Source: Bacillota bacterium (GTDB lineage Bacteria > Bacillota > Sulfobacillia > JAJZYS01 > JAJYTV01). From it: DNA of 64,000 bases. The notes beneath the pieces are model-generated. The model was given only the letters and a program-made list of their open reading frames with translations, did no database searches and had not been told where the DNA came from. The stretch covers positions 52,423-116,422 of the forward strand of contig JAJYSZ010000001.1 of assembly GCA_021793315.1 (NCBI GenBank), in the 5' to 3' direction. Positions 46,451-56,274 of the stretch are shown here, piece after piece. The position numbers and the translations under genes are program-made. How positions within the stretch are numbered: position 1 is the first letter of the stretch; each line of letters opens with the position of its first letter.

Positions 46451-47320
46451 TCACCTTTCGACATAGCTCCAGAAGAGTTCCTCAAGCGAGAGTCCTTCCA
46501 CCTGTACCGCCGTGACGCCGGCCACCTGACGCACCGCGTCCGCTTCTGCGGTGCCCGTCACGAGAAAACCGTGAGACCCGTTCTCCACCTGTCGCACGCC
46601 CTCGAGCTCCCGCAGAGCTGCCCCTGCGGCCCGCGGGGCGCTCACGATGATGCGCCGCTGGGATTCCAGGATCTCCGGCATCGGGCCCGCCACCTGGATG
46701 CGCCGGTCATGGACCAGCGCGAAGTGATCGCAGGCGCGCTCGACAAGCCCGAGATCCTGCGACGTCAGCAGCACCGTGCGGCCGCTCACCGCACTCGCTT
46801 CCAGCAGGACCTGCAGGTAGCGCCTGCGGTGGACGGGATCGAGACCTGACGCGGGCTCGTCCAGGATCAGCAATTCAGGCTGGGTCGCGAGGCCGAGCGC
46901 CAGCGCGAGTTGTGTGCGCATGCCCGTGCTGAGCGCTCCGACCCTGCGCTGGATCGGCAGCTCGAAAGCGTCGAGGTAGTGCGCGGCGCACCCGGCGTCC
47001 CAGCGCGGGTGCAGGGCGCCCACGAAGCGCAGCAGCTCACCCACCCGCATGTTCTCGTAGTAGGCAGGGCGATCGGGCACGTAGGCGATGCGGGCGCGCT
47101 CCTCGGGCGTCAGCCCGCCCAGCGGACGGCCAAGGACGGTGCCCTCGCCTCCGCTCGGGTGCAGAAAACCCATGAGAACCCGGAGCAGAGTCGTCTTGCC
47201 CGCCCCGTTCAGGCCAAGGAGACCGAAGATACTCCCCTCCGGCACGTCGAGGTCGATGCCGTCCAGCACGGTGAGGCGGCCGAATCGCTTCTGCAGGTTC
47301 CTCAGACTAACGGCCAGCAT
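46451..47320 (-). CDS. ABC transporter ATP-binding protein
   Basis: GLNGAGKTTLL, LSTGMRTQLALAL, LLILDEPASGLD. Confidence 0.85.
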   Translation of the reverse strand: MLAVSLRNLQKRFGRLTVLDGIDLDVPEGSIFGLLGLNGAGKTTLLRVLMGFLHPSGGEGTVLGRPLGGLTPEERARIAYVPDRPAYYENMRVGELLRFVGALHPRWDAGCAAHYLDAFELPIQRRVGALSTGMRTQLALALGLATQPELLILDEPASGLDPVHRRRYLQVLLEASAVSGRTVLLTSQDLGLVERACDHFALVHDRRIQVAGPMPEILESQRRIIVSAPRAAGAALRELEGVRQVENGSHGFLVTGTAEADAVRQVAGVTAVQVEGLSLEELFWSYVER

Positions 47321-47732
47321 GCCCCTGTGCCTCCCCGTCCTCGTCCTTCGCTCTGGTGGCGTCCGCCTCGGCGACGGCCCTCTCCAGTTCGGCCACGGCC
47401 CCCGTCGCAGGGAAACCGAGCCGCTCAGCCTCGAGCAGGAACGCCGTCGCCGCTGCCCTGAGCCTCGCGCGCCGTTCGGCCTCCTTGATCTGCGGCCGGC
47501 CCCGCACGAACGTGCCGCGTCCGCGCGGCTGCTCGATCACCCCGATCTGCTGCAGTTCATCGTAGGCCTTGACGACTGTGGCCGGGTTGACCGTCAGCTC
47601 CACCGCGAGCTCACGTACCCCGGGCAGCTTGTCCCCGCTCTGGAGCACGCCGGAGAGAACCGCCTGCTCGATCTGGGCGGCGATCTGCCGGTAGATCGGT
47701 ACGCCGCTGTGACTGTCGATCCGGATCCACAT
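47307..47732 (-). CDS. GntR-family transcriptional regulator (YtrA subfamily-like, short)
   Basis: IYRQIAAQIEQAVLSGVLQSGDKLPGVRELAVELTVNPATVVKAY winged-HTH. 141 aa. Overlaps the downstream ATPase by 14 nt. Confidence 0.85.
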   Translation of the reverse strand: MWIRIDSHSGVPIYRQIAAQIEQAVLSGVLQSGDKLPGVRELAVELTVNPATVVKAYDELQQIGVIEQPRGRGTFVRGRPQIKEAERRARLRAAATAFLLEAERLGFPATGAVAELERAVAEADATRAKDEDGEAQGHAGR

Positions 47733-47734
47733 CG

Positions 47735-48532
47735 CTACACCTCTTGCCGCGCGAAGACGGCCCAGGCGGCCAGGAATGCGACGGCCGCCCAGATCGCCGC
47801 TAACGCGATGTGCCCAACCGGATAGGTGCCCTGAAGCATCAGCCTGCCAGCGGCCGCGTAGTCGAACGGAGTCAGCTTGAGGATGAACGCGACCGGCGAA
47901 TTGGCGGCGACGAACACCGGGATGAAGATGAAGACCGCCGCCGCGGTGACCGTCGCCAGCACCGCGTAGGTCTGTTCGCGCAGGAAGAGCAAAATGAGGA
48001 CCAACGTGGCCGCGAGTGCCGCCTGGTCCAGCGCAAGCGCCCCAAGCGCTTCCGCGACGCGCAGATCGCTTGCGCTCTGGCCGATCAGCGCCATCGCCGC
48101 GATGACCGCGACGAAGACGCCGAGGTAGATCAGCCCGAGCTGCACCAGCAGGGAGAGCGAGCGCTCCCCCAGGAGGCGTCCCCGTCGCACCGGCATGGCG
48201 AGGAGAAACTCCAGCGTACCGTGGTCCACGTCGCTCGCCACCACGCTGACGGAGACCAGCGCGACCCAGATGCCGACGATCAGGGTGATCCAGCCCGAGA
48301 GGTCGATCGTGCCGATCCAGCCCGCGACGCTGAAAACGTTCAGGCCGCCGCCGACGAACTGCAGGAACTGCGGCGGCAGTTGCCGCAGGACGGACGTCAT
48401 GCCCGCCGCGAGCGCCGGGCTTGCCACGACGCTATAGAGGCTGGTCTGCAGCACAACGAGTGCGATCACCGCGACGGCCCAGCCGATCAGAGCCGCCGCC
48501 TCGCGGCGCAGGTGGTGCCGGAAGATCGCCAT
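47735..48532 (-). CDS. ABC-2 family transporter permease
   Basis: Real start MAIFRHHLRRE at 48532. 6 TM. The upstream part of the track ORF is R-rich shadow sequence. Confidence 0.7.
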   Translation of the reverse strand: MAIFRHHLRREAAALIGWAVAVIALVVLQTSLYSVVASPALAAGMTSVLRQLPPQFLQFVGGGLNVFSVAGWIGTIDLSGWITLIVGIWVALVSVSVVASDVDHGTLEFLLAMPVRRGRLLGERSLSLLVQLGLIYLGVFVAVIAAMALIGQSASDLRVAEALGALALDQAALAATLVLILLFLREQTYAVLATVTAAAVFIFIPVFVAANSPVAFILKLTPFDYAAAGRLMLQGTYPVGHIALAAIWAAVAFLAAWAVFARQEV

Positions 48533-48534
48533 GG

Positions 48535-49323
48535 TCAGACCTCCCTCCCCTCGAACGTGCGCACGGCGCCATACGTCAAGAGGGCCGATGCCGCCAGCAG
48601 CACGAAGGTGGCGAGCCACGGGAAGGCATGCGTAAGCAGAAGATGCGGCGGATCGTAATAACCGTAAGGCAGGACGTAGCGCCAGCCCGGCGACGCCGTC
48701 GCGAGGCGGACCGCCAGGTCGTAGACGAACGGGACCGCCGCGATGCCGAGACCCCAGCGGGCCGCCGTGGCGTAGTCGCGAGCGGCCGCGCTGGCCCAGA
48801 GCGCGCCGGTCGCCGTGGCGAGCGTCACCAGGAGACCGCTGTAGCCGACCAGCACATAGCCGAGCACGTCGGGCCGAAACCCCTGCTGCCGTATGGAGAC
48901 GATCACGGCCAGTATCGTCACGGCCCACATCGCGACCTGCGAGGTCACAAGGGCAGTCAGCCGGACGAGCAGAAGCCTCCGTCGCGTCAGAGGCAGGCCG
49001 AGCAGGAAGTCGAAGCGGCGGTGGTCCATCTCGCGCGCGAGGAGCGATGATGCCTGAAAGCCCGCAAAGATGCCGATCAGGAGCGGCAGGTACATGAGGA
49101 GCTTGATATAGAGATAGCCGTCGAGCGGACGCCTCACCATCAGCGTCCCGCCCATCACGGCCCGCACGGAGGCCGGCAGATCGCCCAGGAGTGCGGCGAG
49201 CGCATGGGAGTCCGCCACGGCGGGGGCCGCCGACACGACCGTCGCCACGCCAAGCACGACGACGATCGCCCAGATGAGCCAGGAGACGAACTGCTGGCGC
49301 AGGGCCATGCGATAGAGCGTCAT
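48535..49323 (-). CDS. ABC-2 family transporter permease
   Basis: 262 aa, 6 TM. 4-nt overlap with the upstream ATPase. Confidence 0.7.
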   Translation of the reverse strand: MTLYRMALRQQFVSWLIWAIVVVLGVATVVSAAPAVADSHALAALLGDLPASVRAVMGGTLMVRRPLDGYLYIKLLMYLPLLIGIFAGFQASSLLAREMDHRRFDFLLGLPLTRRRLLLVRLTALVTSQVAMWAVTILAVIVSIRQQGFRPDVLGYVLVGYSGLLVTLATATGALWASAAARDYATAARWGLGIAAVPFVYDLAVRLATASPGWRYVLPYGYYDPPHLLLTHAFPWLATFVLLAASALLTYGAVRTFEGREV

Positions 49324-50222
49324 GACGGACGACCTCCGTAGTAGGTCCGGAAGACCTCCTCGAGACTGGGCTCGGTGATCGTGACGTCCACTGGCGGGTG
49401 CTCGGCGAGCGCCCGGAAGAGTGCGGCGGTGTCGCCTACGATGTGGAAGCGGACGGCAGGACCCTGCACCTCGAGTCCGCGCACGCCGGTGACCAGGGCA
49501 AAGTCGGGCGGCTCGCCCTCGTAGCGCAGCTGGACCGCCCTGAGCCGGCTTCGCCGCAAGGCCTCGACCGTATCCACGGCGACCAAGCGGCCATCGCGGA
49601 TGATGCCGACGCGGTCGCTGAGGGTCTCCACCTCTGGCAGCACATGGCTGCTGAAGAAGATCGTCTTGCCCCGTCTCTGCTCCTCCCGCAGGAGGTCCCG
49701 GAAGGCGTCCTGCACCAGTGGGTCGAGCCCGCTCGTCGGTTCGTCCAGGAGCAGAACCTGCGGGTCATGGGCCATGGCCAGGAGGATCGCCACCTTCTGT
49801 CGGTTGCCGCGCGACAGCTGGCGGATCCTTCTGTCCAGCTCGACCTCGAGGCGCTCGGCGATGGCAGTCGCGTGGCGGCGATCCCGAATGGCGCGCAGCC
49901 CGAGAGCCAGGTCCAGGTGCTGGCGGCCCGTCATGGTGTCATAGAGTGCCGGGTCGCCAGGCAGGTAGCCCGTGATCCGGCGCACCTCGACGCTGTCCCG
50001 CACGACATCCCTGCCTGCGATGCGGGCCCGCCCAGCCGTGAGGTGCGTGAGCCCGAGAAGCGACCGGATCGTTGTCGTCTTGCCTGCGCCGTTCGGCCCG
50101 AGAAAGCCGAAGATCTCGCCCTCGCCGATCTCGAAATCGATGCCGAGAACGCCGCGGCCGCTCCTGTAAACCTTCTGGAGGTTCTCAGCCTCGATCGCCG
50201 CGGTCATGGCCACCACCCCCAC
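49320..50222 (-). CDS. ABC transporter ATP-binding protein
   Basis: GPNGAGKTTTI, LSRGNRQKVAILLAM, LLLDEPTSGLD. Confidence 0.85.
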   Translation of the reverse strand: MGVVAMTAAIEAENLQKVYRSGRGVLGIDFEIGEGEIFGFLGPNGAGKTTTIRSLLGLTHLTAGRARIAGRDVVRDSVEVRRITGYLPGDPALYDTMTGRQHLDLALGLRAIRDRRHATAIAERLEVELDRRIRQLSRGNRQKVAILLAMAHDPQVLLLDEPTSGLDPLVQDAFRDLLREEQRRGKTIFFSSHVLPEVETLSDRVGIIRDGRLVAVDTVEALRRSRLRAVQLRYEGEPPDFALVTGVRGLEVQGPAVRFHIVGDTAALFRALAEHPPVDVTITEPSLEEVFRTYYGGRPS

Positions 50223-50453
50223 CCTGAGCCTTGCCTCGGTGTACTAGCACACTAATACACCCACGGCAGGCGCTCGGCAAGATGGCCAGTCGGTCGCCCT
50301 TTGGCCACCAGATGGGCCCCTGGACGCTGGACGCGGCTCCTGGACCTAAGCCCGATCCGCTGGCGCCCGCCAAGTGATAAGCTGGACTCTGGCCGCCAGC
50401 CGGAGGGCGCGACGGCCCCATTCGTTTCTGCCTACCAGGTCCAGGAGGTACTT

Positions 50454-51644
50454 GTGCGTCAGCGGATACCGGGCATCGTCTGGCTGCTCATCGCCGGGGA
50501 CGGCTTCGCGTCGGCGTTCCGCTTCCTGGTGATGCCTTTCCTTGCGCTCTACATGCATGCCGTCACCGGCGCGGCGCCTGCGGTCGTGGGTCTCGTGATC
50601 GGACTCGGCGCCGCGTCGAACCTTGTGGCGAGCTTTCTGCTCGGCCCGCTCTCCGACCGGATTGGCCGCAAACCGTCGCTGATCTGGGGCACCATCCTGC
50701 AGGTGGTGACCCTGGCCGGATTCGGCGTGGCCCACACCCTTGCGGCCTTCGCGCTGCTGCAGGTCATCTCCGGCATGGTCTGGGCCCTGCAGGGTCCCGC
50801 GTACATGGCCATGCTGACCGACCTCACGCCGGAGAGCTACCGCACGCGGGTCTTCGGCTTCAACTACTGGGCCGTGAACATCGGAGCGGCGATCGGACCG
50901 CTCGGCGGTGCCATGATCGGCTCCGGCCACACGGCGATGCCATTCCTGCTGGCGGCCGCGTCGCAGGTGCTTCTGGCCGCAGCCCTGATCATCTACCTCC
51001 CCGCGGCGAGCGGCGAGCAGCGGGGAGGCGCCACAAGTCTCGAGAGCCTGAGGCACATGGCCCAGGGACTCCGTCATCATGTCCTTTTCTGGGTCTTTGT
51101 CGGCACGTTCCTCACAAACCTCGCCTACAGCCAGATCGAGACGAACCTTGCGCAGTATCTCGGCATGCACTATCAGCACGGCGTACAGCTGTTCGCCTAC
51201 GTAATCGCGGCCAACGCCATCACGGTCGTGCTGCTGCAGCCCTTCCTCGGCCGCTGGCAGGAGAACCGCCCGATGCTCCTCGGCTTCGCGGGCGGCTCGA
51301 TCATCTATGCCATCGCCAACGCGCTCTTCATTTTCGCCGTCGCGCCTTGGGCATGGATTGGCATCAACGCGTTCTTCACGGTGGGCGAGGTACTGCTCGC
51401 TCCTGTCGGCCAGGCGGTGATCGCGCGCTACGCGCCCCAAGACCAGCGCGCGACCTACTTCGCGCTCCAGAACATCGTTTTCGGCCTCTCGTTCGCGGTA
51501 GGCCCCTCGCTTGGCGGTCTTGCGCTTTCCGTAGGCAGCAAGTTCGGCCTCTTTGGCAGCATGGCGATAGTCAACGTACTGGCTCTGGGCGCATTCCTCG
51601 TCGCGTTCCAGCCTTCAAGGGAGACCCGCTCCACCGCGGCCTAG
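50454..51644 (+). CDS. MFS transporter
   Basis: GTG 50454, 5 nt after AGGAGG. 12 TM. GPLSDRIGRKPSL motif. Confidence 0.8.
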   Translation: MRQRIPGIVWLLIAGDGFASAFRFLVMPFLALYMHAVTGAAPAVVGLVIGLGAASNLVASFLLGPLSDRIGRKPSLIWGTILQVVTLAGFGVAHTLAAFALLQVISGMVWALQGPAYMAMLTDLTPESYRTRVFGFNYWAVNIGAAIGPLGGAMIGSGHTAMPFLLAAASQVLLAAALIIYLPAASGEQRGGATSLESLRHMAQGLRHHVLFWVFVGTFLTNLAYSQIETNLAQYLGMHYQHGVQLFAYVIAANAITVVLLQPFLGRWQENRPMLLGFAGGSIIYAIANALFIFAVAPWAWIGINAFFTVGEVLLAPVGQAVIARYAPQDQRATYFALQNIVFGLSFAVGPSLGGLALSVGSKFGLFGSMAIVNVLALGAFLVAFQPSRETRSTAA

Positions 51645-51654
51645 CCCGCCCCAC

Positions 51655-52749
51655 TCAGCGTATCTGCCCGCGTCTCGCCCGCTGGAGCACGGCGTCTGGC
51701 CAGTCGTCGAGGATCTCTTCCACATAAACGCCCGAGCCGCGCAGCTGGGCCTGGCGGCGTTGCACAGTCTGGCCCAACCCGCCTGCGAGAACGATGCAAA
51801 GCGGCTGCAGCGGCGCACCGGGGCTGTGCGCCACCACCTTGGCGAGCGAGCCGTCCGTCAGCCGGACGATTGCGCCATGCGGCACGATCGCCACATGGCG
51901 CAAAACGATCGCGCAGGACTTGTTGTCTAGCCCCACCCCCGCCTCCTCCTGCAACAGGCCCACGATCTGCGCAGGGTGGAAACGCCGGCGATGCGGCCGG
52001 TCGGAGCGGACCGCCGCCACGACGTCCGCCACGGCGGCGATGCGGGCAAACAGATAGATGTCCCGCCCCTGGCGGCCTTCCGGGTAGCCTGAGCCATCCA
52101 TCCGCTCATGGTGCTGCAGGACGACGCTCGCTGCCGTGGGGGCCACAGAGGGCAGCCAGCGGTGCACGAGCTGCCAGCCGTCGCGCGGATGCGCCAGCAT
52201 GGCTGCGACACCGTCCGCATCGAGCAGCCTTGACTGGCCCAGGATGCTCTCCGGCATCCGGCCGAGGGCCACATCCATCAGCAGGGTGCCAACGCACAGC
52301 CTGAGCAGCTGATCCCTCGAAAGCGGGTAGTGCCGGCCGATCTGCACCGCAAGCCCGGCCGCCTCGATCGCGTGCTCGCTGCGGTCGGCGCCCGCGGCGT
52401 CCCACGGACCCAGATCAGCGACCTCAGCGTCTGCCGCGAGGACTTCCTCGACCAACTTGCGGGCCACCTGCAACAGACGTCGCAGTTCGGCTACCGGGCG
52501 CTCCTTGCGCGCCTGCGCGAGAACCGCAGTTAGGTCGCTTACGGCCGCGTGCGCTTCAAGGCGGGTGTGCACCGGCACCGTGTCAAGGTCAGGAACTTCG
52601 GGGAAGATCTCATCCCGCAGAAAAACGTGCTGGATGCCGCGCGACAGCAGGGCCTGCACGTCGCGCAGGTCCAGCCGCACGCCCGCCGCCACCAGCAGTC
52701 CCGTGCCCTCCGGCCCGTACACATCAACGGTGACCTGTCTGCCTACCAT
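51655..52749 (-). CDS. HD-GYP domain c-di-GMP phosphodiesterase (paralog)
   Basis: Start MVGRQVTVDVYG at 52749 by analogy with the paralog N-terminus. HHERMDGSGYP. Confidence 0.8.
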   Translation of the reverse strand: MVGRQVTVDVYGPEGTGLLVAAGVRLDLRDVQALLSRGIQHVFLRDEIFPEVPDLDTVPVHTRLEAHAAVSDLTAVLAQARKERPVAELRRLLQVARKLVEEVLAADAEVADLGPWDAAGADRSEHAIEAAGLAVQIGRHYPLSRDQLLRLCVGTLLMDVALGRMPESILGQSRLLDADGVAAMLAHPRDGWQLVHRWLPSVAPTAASVVLQHHERMDGSGYPEGRQGRDIYLFARIAAVADVVAAVRSDRPHRRRFHPAQIVGLLQEEAGVGLDNKSCAIVLRHVAIVPHGAIVRLTDGSLAKVVAHSPGAPLQPLCIVLAGGLGQTVQRRQAQLRGSGVYVEEILDDWPDAVLQRARRGQIR

Positions 52750-52944
52750 GGCTTCCGTAAGGTGGTAACGCTGCACGTTATGTCCCTTCCACCCAATATG
52801 GTAGCGTTCTCCATGCGCGATGAAATGGGCGGCACGGTCAATATGGCCTGGGCTTCGTGTCGCAGGAGTCCGAGGCGGCGCCAGCGTGGATGCAGGCGGG
52901 GCCGACCCAGCCAAGATGGCCGGGTCGGCCCCTGTCGCGCACTC

Positions 52945-53211
52945 TCAGGCGTGTTGCGTAAAGAGCGCCCGCGCCTCTTCAAGCGTGATGTCAGCGGGAG
53001 GCAGCACCAGGTCGGACTCCCGCAGCACCTCCGCCGGCAGCGTGCGCCCCTCGCTGCGCACCAGCGCGAGCAGCGCGTCCCGCCGTTCGGTAAAGCCTGC
53101 CTCGTCGCCCGCGGTCAAGCGCTCCATCAGTTCGTCGTCCAACCTGCGCAGGTTCGCCAATGCCGAGGCCGGCAGCTCGTACTGCCCCTCGTGCAGGATG
53201 CGTGCGATCAC
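52945..53211 (-). CDS. small PspA-associated protein (PspAA-like)
   Basis: 88 aa MIARILHEGQYELPASALANLRRLDDELMERL... ATGA overlap with the pspA stop. Confidence 0.5.
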   Translation of the reverse strand: MIARILHEGQYELPASALANLRRLDDELMERLTAGDEAGFTERRDALLALVRSEGRTLPAEVLRESDLVLPPADITLEEARALFTQHA

Positions 53212-53924
53212 TTCTGCCCACCTGCCGAGATCTTCGCCTTGAGCGCCTGCAGGTCATCCTCGACCTGCGAAGTCTGCTGGGTCTTGCGCAGTTCCCTCTC
53301 CACGGGATCCTCCCCCGGGGTGGCCAAGGCGTCATCCAGCACGCCCTTGTCCGTGAGTTCGTCGATGGCCTGCGCCCTTGCCCGCATGCGCTCGGTCTTG
53401 TCCTGCGCGCGCTGCACCGAGAGGCCCACGTCCGCAAACTCCTCGGAAAGTCCTGTCGAGGCCTCCCCCATCTTGACCTGCGCCTGTGCGGTCGTGTACT
53501 GGGCCTTGATGACCTCCTTCTGGGCGCGGAACGCCGCGATCTTCGTCTCAAGGCGCCGCGCGTTCTCCTCCATCTTGTCTTCCTGCGCCTTGAGCTCCGC
53601 GATCTGGGAGTCGAGGCCGCCCGTCTGCGTCGCGAGCGCCGCCTTGCGCTCCAGGGCCTGGCGCGCCAGATCTTCGCGACCCGCCTTGAGCGCCGCCTCG
53701 GCCTCGTTCTGGTACTTGTCCATGTCCGCCTGCAGACGGACCTTCTGCAGCTCGATCTGCTTGCGCGCAGTAACGGCGTCGGCCAAGCTGCGCTTCACCT
53801 GCTGCAGCATCTCCATCTGGCGCTCGTAGGAGTAGTCGAGGGTCTGCCGCGGGTCCTCCGCGGCGTCGAGCGCCGAGGAAACCTTGGACTTGAAAATCGT
53901 CGACATGCGAGACATCAGCCCCAT
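53208..53924 (-). CDS. pspA: phage shock protein A / IM30 family (PspA/LiaH-like)
   Basis: Start at ATG 53924. MGLMSRMSTIFKSKVSSALDAAEDPRQTLDYSYERQ... extended coiled-coil typical of PspA. Confidence 0.85.
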   Translation of the reverse strand: MGLMSRMSTIFKSKVSSALDAAEDPRQTLDYSYERQMEMLQQVKRSLADAVTARKQIELQKVRLQADMDKYQNEAEAALKAGREDLARQALERKAALATQTGGLDSQIAELKAQEDKMEENARRLETKIAAFRAQKEVIKAQYTTAQAQVKMGEASTGLSEEFADVGLSVQRAQDKTERMRARAQAIDELTDKGVLDDALATPGEDPVERELRKTQQTSQVEDDLQALKAKISAGGQK

Positions 53925-54041
53925 GTCTGCTCCCTTCCTCTCCCCGACCCACTTCGATCCGCTTCCAATATAGCACGCACCGCATGCGCGGCGCGGCTCA
54001 CTCACCGCCTGGCGGGAACACTGTGCCAGGGAGGTGGCGGC

Positions 54042-55286
54042 ATGTTCGAACTGCTGCGCGGCGCGGAGTGCTACGGTCCAAAACCGCTCGGAAGGCAGGA
54101 CGTGCTGATCGCCGGCGACGTCATCGCGCGCATCGCGCCGACCATCGAACCCGACCGCGACATCTTGCCGGATCTCAGGGTGCACGATCTCCACGGCCGC
54201 ATGCTCGTGCCAGGCTTCATCGACATGCATGTGCACATTGCCGGCGGCGGTGGCGAGGGCGGCTACCAGCACCGCACGCCGCCGATCGATCCGAAGGCCC
54301 TCGGCCCGCACGGAACCACCGGCGTCGTCGGCCTGCTAGGCACCGACGGGGTCACGCGCTCGGTCGCGGACCTGCTGGCGGAGGCCCGCCGCCTCACGGC
54401 GCTCGGCCTTACGGCCGACATCCTGACAGGTGCCTACCAGCTCCCGACCAGGACGCTCACAGGCAGTGTCCGCTCGGACCTCGTCTTCCTGCCCGAGGTG
54501 CTCGGTGCCGGCGAGATCGCCATCGCCGACGACCGCGGCAGCCACCCTTCCGGCCACGATCTCGTCGCGATCGGCGCGGAGGTGCGGGTGGGAGCCCTCC
54601 TGGCAGGCAAAAAGGGCATCCTGCATATCCATGTCGGCGACGGGCAGCGGCGTCTCGAAGCCCTGCGCGACGCCCTGCACCGCAGTGCCCTGCCGGAGGA
54701 ACTCTTCTCCGCCACGCATCTCAACCGAAACCCGGACCTCTTCGCGGAGGCGGCCGACCTCACGCGCATGGGCGCCTATGCCGACGTCACCGCCGGCATT
54801 TTCCCCGCACCTGGCGACACGCGTCCCATCGATCCCGGCGAAGCGCTTGCCGATCTCCTGCACCGCGGCCACCCGGAGCGCGTGACCATGAGCTCGGACG
54901 GTCAGGGCTCGTCACCCGTCTTCGACCAGCAGGGCAAGCTCGTCGGCATCGGCATCGGCCAGGCATCCCGGCTCCACTGGGCCCTGCGCCGGGCCGTGCT
55001 GAAGTACTCGACGCCATTCGAACTGGCCCTGTCGACCGTCACCTCGCACGCGGCCGCCGCGCTCGGGCTGCCGCAGCGTGGACGCATCGAGACCGGCTGG
55101 AAGGCCGATCTCGTGGTGCTCGACGATGACCTCCAGGTGCATGAGGTGTTTGCCCGCGGGCGCCTCTGCGCCAAGGACGGTCATTGGCTGCTGCCGGATC
55201 CCTTCCAGACCCCCGACTCGGCGAAAGGCCTGAGAAGGCTGGCGAAGACCAAGAGCCGCTCGCCCGGCGGCGCGTACGGCAGCTGA
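54042..55286 (+). CDS. iadA: isoaspartyl dipeptidase (IadA, amidohydrolase superfamily)
   Basis: ATG 54042 after GGGAGGTGG. VPGFIDMHVHIAGGGGEG metal-binding HxH. C-terminal ...WKADLVVLDDDLQVHEVFARGRL. Confidence 0.8.
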   Translation: MFELLRGAECYGPKPLGRQDVLIAGDVIARIAPTIEPDRDILPDLRVHDLHGRMLVPGFIDMHVHIAGGGGEGGYQHRTPPIDPKALGPHGTTGVVGLLGTDGVTRSVADLLAEARRLTALGLTADILTGAYQLPTRTLTGSVRSDLVFLPEVLGAGEIAIADDRGSHPSGHDLVAIGAEVRVGALLAGKKGILHIHVGDGQRRLEALRDALHRSALPEELFSATHLNRNPDLFAEAADLTRMGAYADVTAGIFPAPGDTRPIDPGEALADLLHRGHPERVTMSSDGQGSSPVFDQQGKLVGIGIGQASRLHWALRRAVLKYSTPFELALSTVTSHAAAALGLPQRGRIETGWKADLVVLDDDLQVHEVFARGRLCAKDGHWLLPDPFQTPDSAKGLRRLAKTKSRSPGGAYGS

Positions 55287-56146
55287 ACGTCACCCTTGCC
55301 GCCCGCCTGCCCGATCACGGCGGCGGGCCTGGGTCCGCGCACCGCACTCTCCAGCGGTCCGCGGACCGCGATCGGCGTCGCCTTGAAGGCGGCGAGCACC
55401 GCGGCAAGGCGCGGGTCGCCGAGCGCCGGCAGGTCCAGCAGCAGGACGTCCGGCCGCCCCCAGAGGACGTCCTGGCGAAAGCGGCCAAGCACCGTGTCGA
55501 GCCCCTGACCCTGCCACGGCAGCGGCCCGTCGTCCGGCCAGAAGGTCGCGAGCGACTGCACCCTGATGCCTTGCCACGGCATCGTCAGCACGAGACTGTC
55601 GACCAGGATCGGAGGATGCTCCAGCCCGAGTCTTGGCCGCAGTGCCGGCGCGCCGAGGTCCGCATCGAGAATCGCGACCGAGCGGCCAAGCCCCTGCAGC
55701 GCAAGCGCCAGGGCTACGACGGCCGTGCTGCGTCCGCTGCCGGCGCCGCCGAAGACGCCGAGCACCTCGGCGTCACCGAGCCCGCCGACCTCTGCGCGCA
55801 GCGTGCGCGCGAGCCCGACCGCGTCGCGTACGCCCCGCACCGGAACCTCGGCTCCGGACCGCTCGCGGCAGACATCGAGAAACGCGGCGTGCCACGGACT
55901 GTCCGGATCAGGCAGCTCAAGGGCGTCACCGCGCACCAGACCGAGCCGGTCGGGCGGAGCCAGGAGCAACGGGTGGCATGGCCAGCTCAGGTCGATCGCG
56001 ATCGCCTCCCCTAGACTCTTCGTCAAAATTCCCGGAGCGCCTCGTCGCATCCTGCCGTGGCGCATTACTTCGGCATGTCCATATGGACACTGTAGAGCGT
56101 CTGGTTGGTCGTGTCCTGGTGACGTTTTCACTTGGCATTTGGCCAC
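55181..56146 (-). CDS. Mrp/MinD-family P-loop protein homolog with degenerate nucleotide-binding motifs
   Basis: VFGGAGSGRSTAVVALALALQGLGRSVAILDADLGAPAL and WGRPDVLLLDLPALGDPRL mirror Mrp/ApbC GKGGVGKST...DADIYGP...DYLIIDMPPGTGD, but lack the Walker A Lys and the PPGTGD. It is the only plausible gene in 55.3-56.2 kb. Its 3' end overlaps iadA by ~105 nt. Start uncertain. Confidence 0.4.
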   Translation of the reverse strand: MAKCQVKTSPGHDQPDALQCPYGHAEVMRHGRMRRGAPGILTKSLGEAIAIDLSWPCHPLLLAPPDRLGLVRGDALELPDPDSPWHAAFLDVCRERSGAEVPVRGVRDAVGLARTLRAEVGGLGDAEVLGVFGGAGSGRSTAVVALALALQGLGRSVAILDADLGAPALRPRLGLEHPPILVDSLVLTMPWQGIRVQSLATFWPDDGPLPWQGQGLDTVLGRFRQDVLWGRPDVLLLDLPALGDPRLAAVLAAFKATPIAVRGPLESAVRGPRPAAVIGQAGGKGDVQLPYAPPGERLLVFASLLRPFAESGVWKGSGSSQ

Positions 56147-56274
56147 TTATTCGTTATCCTTGCGGAGATATGATTGGGCCACATGGGCCTGCCCCAAACG
56201 GCAGGCGACGCCGCCTCACGCGGAGCTCAGGTTCCAGTGGCCGCCCATCGCGGAAGATCGGAGGGCGGAGATCT

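Noticed and set aside
55184-56014. 276-aa plus-strand ORF
   Set aside because: It is R/D/E/Q-rich without motifs. The minus-strand Mrp-like reading of the same DNA has recognisable P-loop-family architecture.
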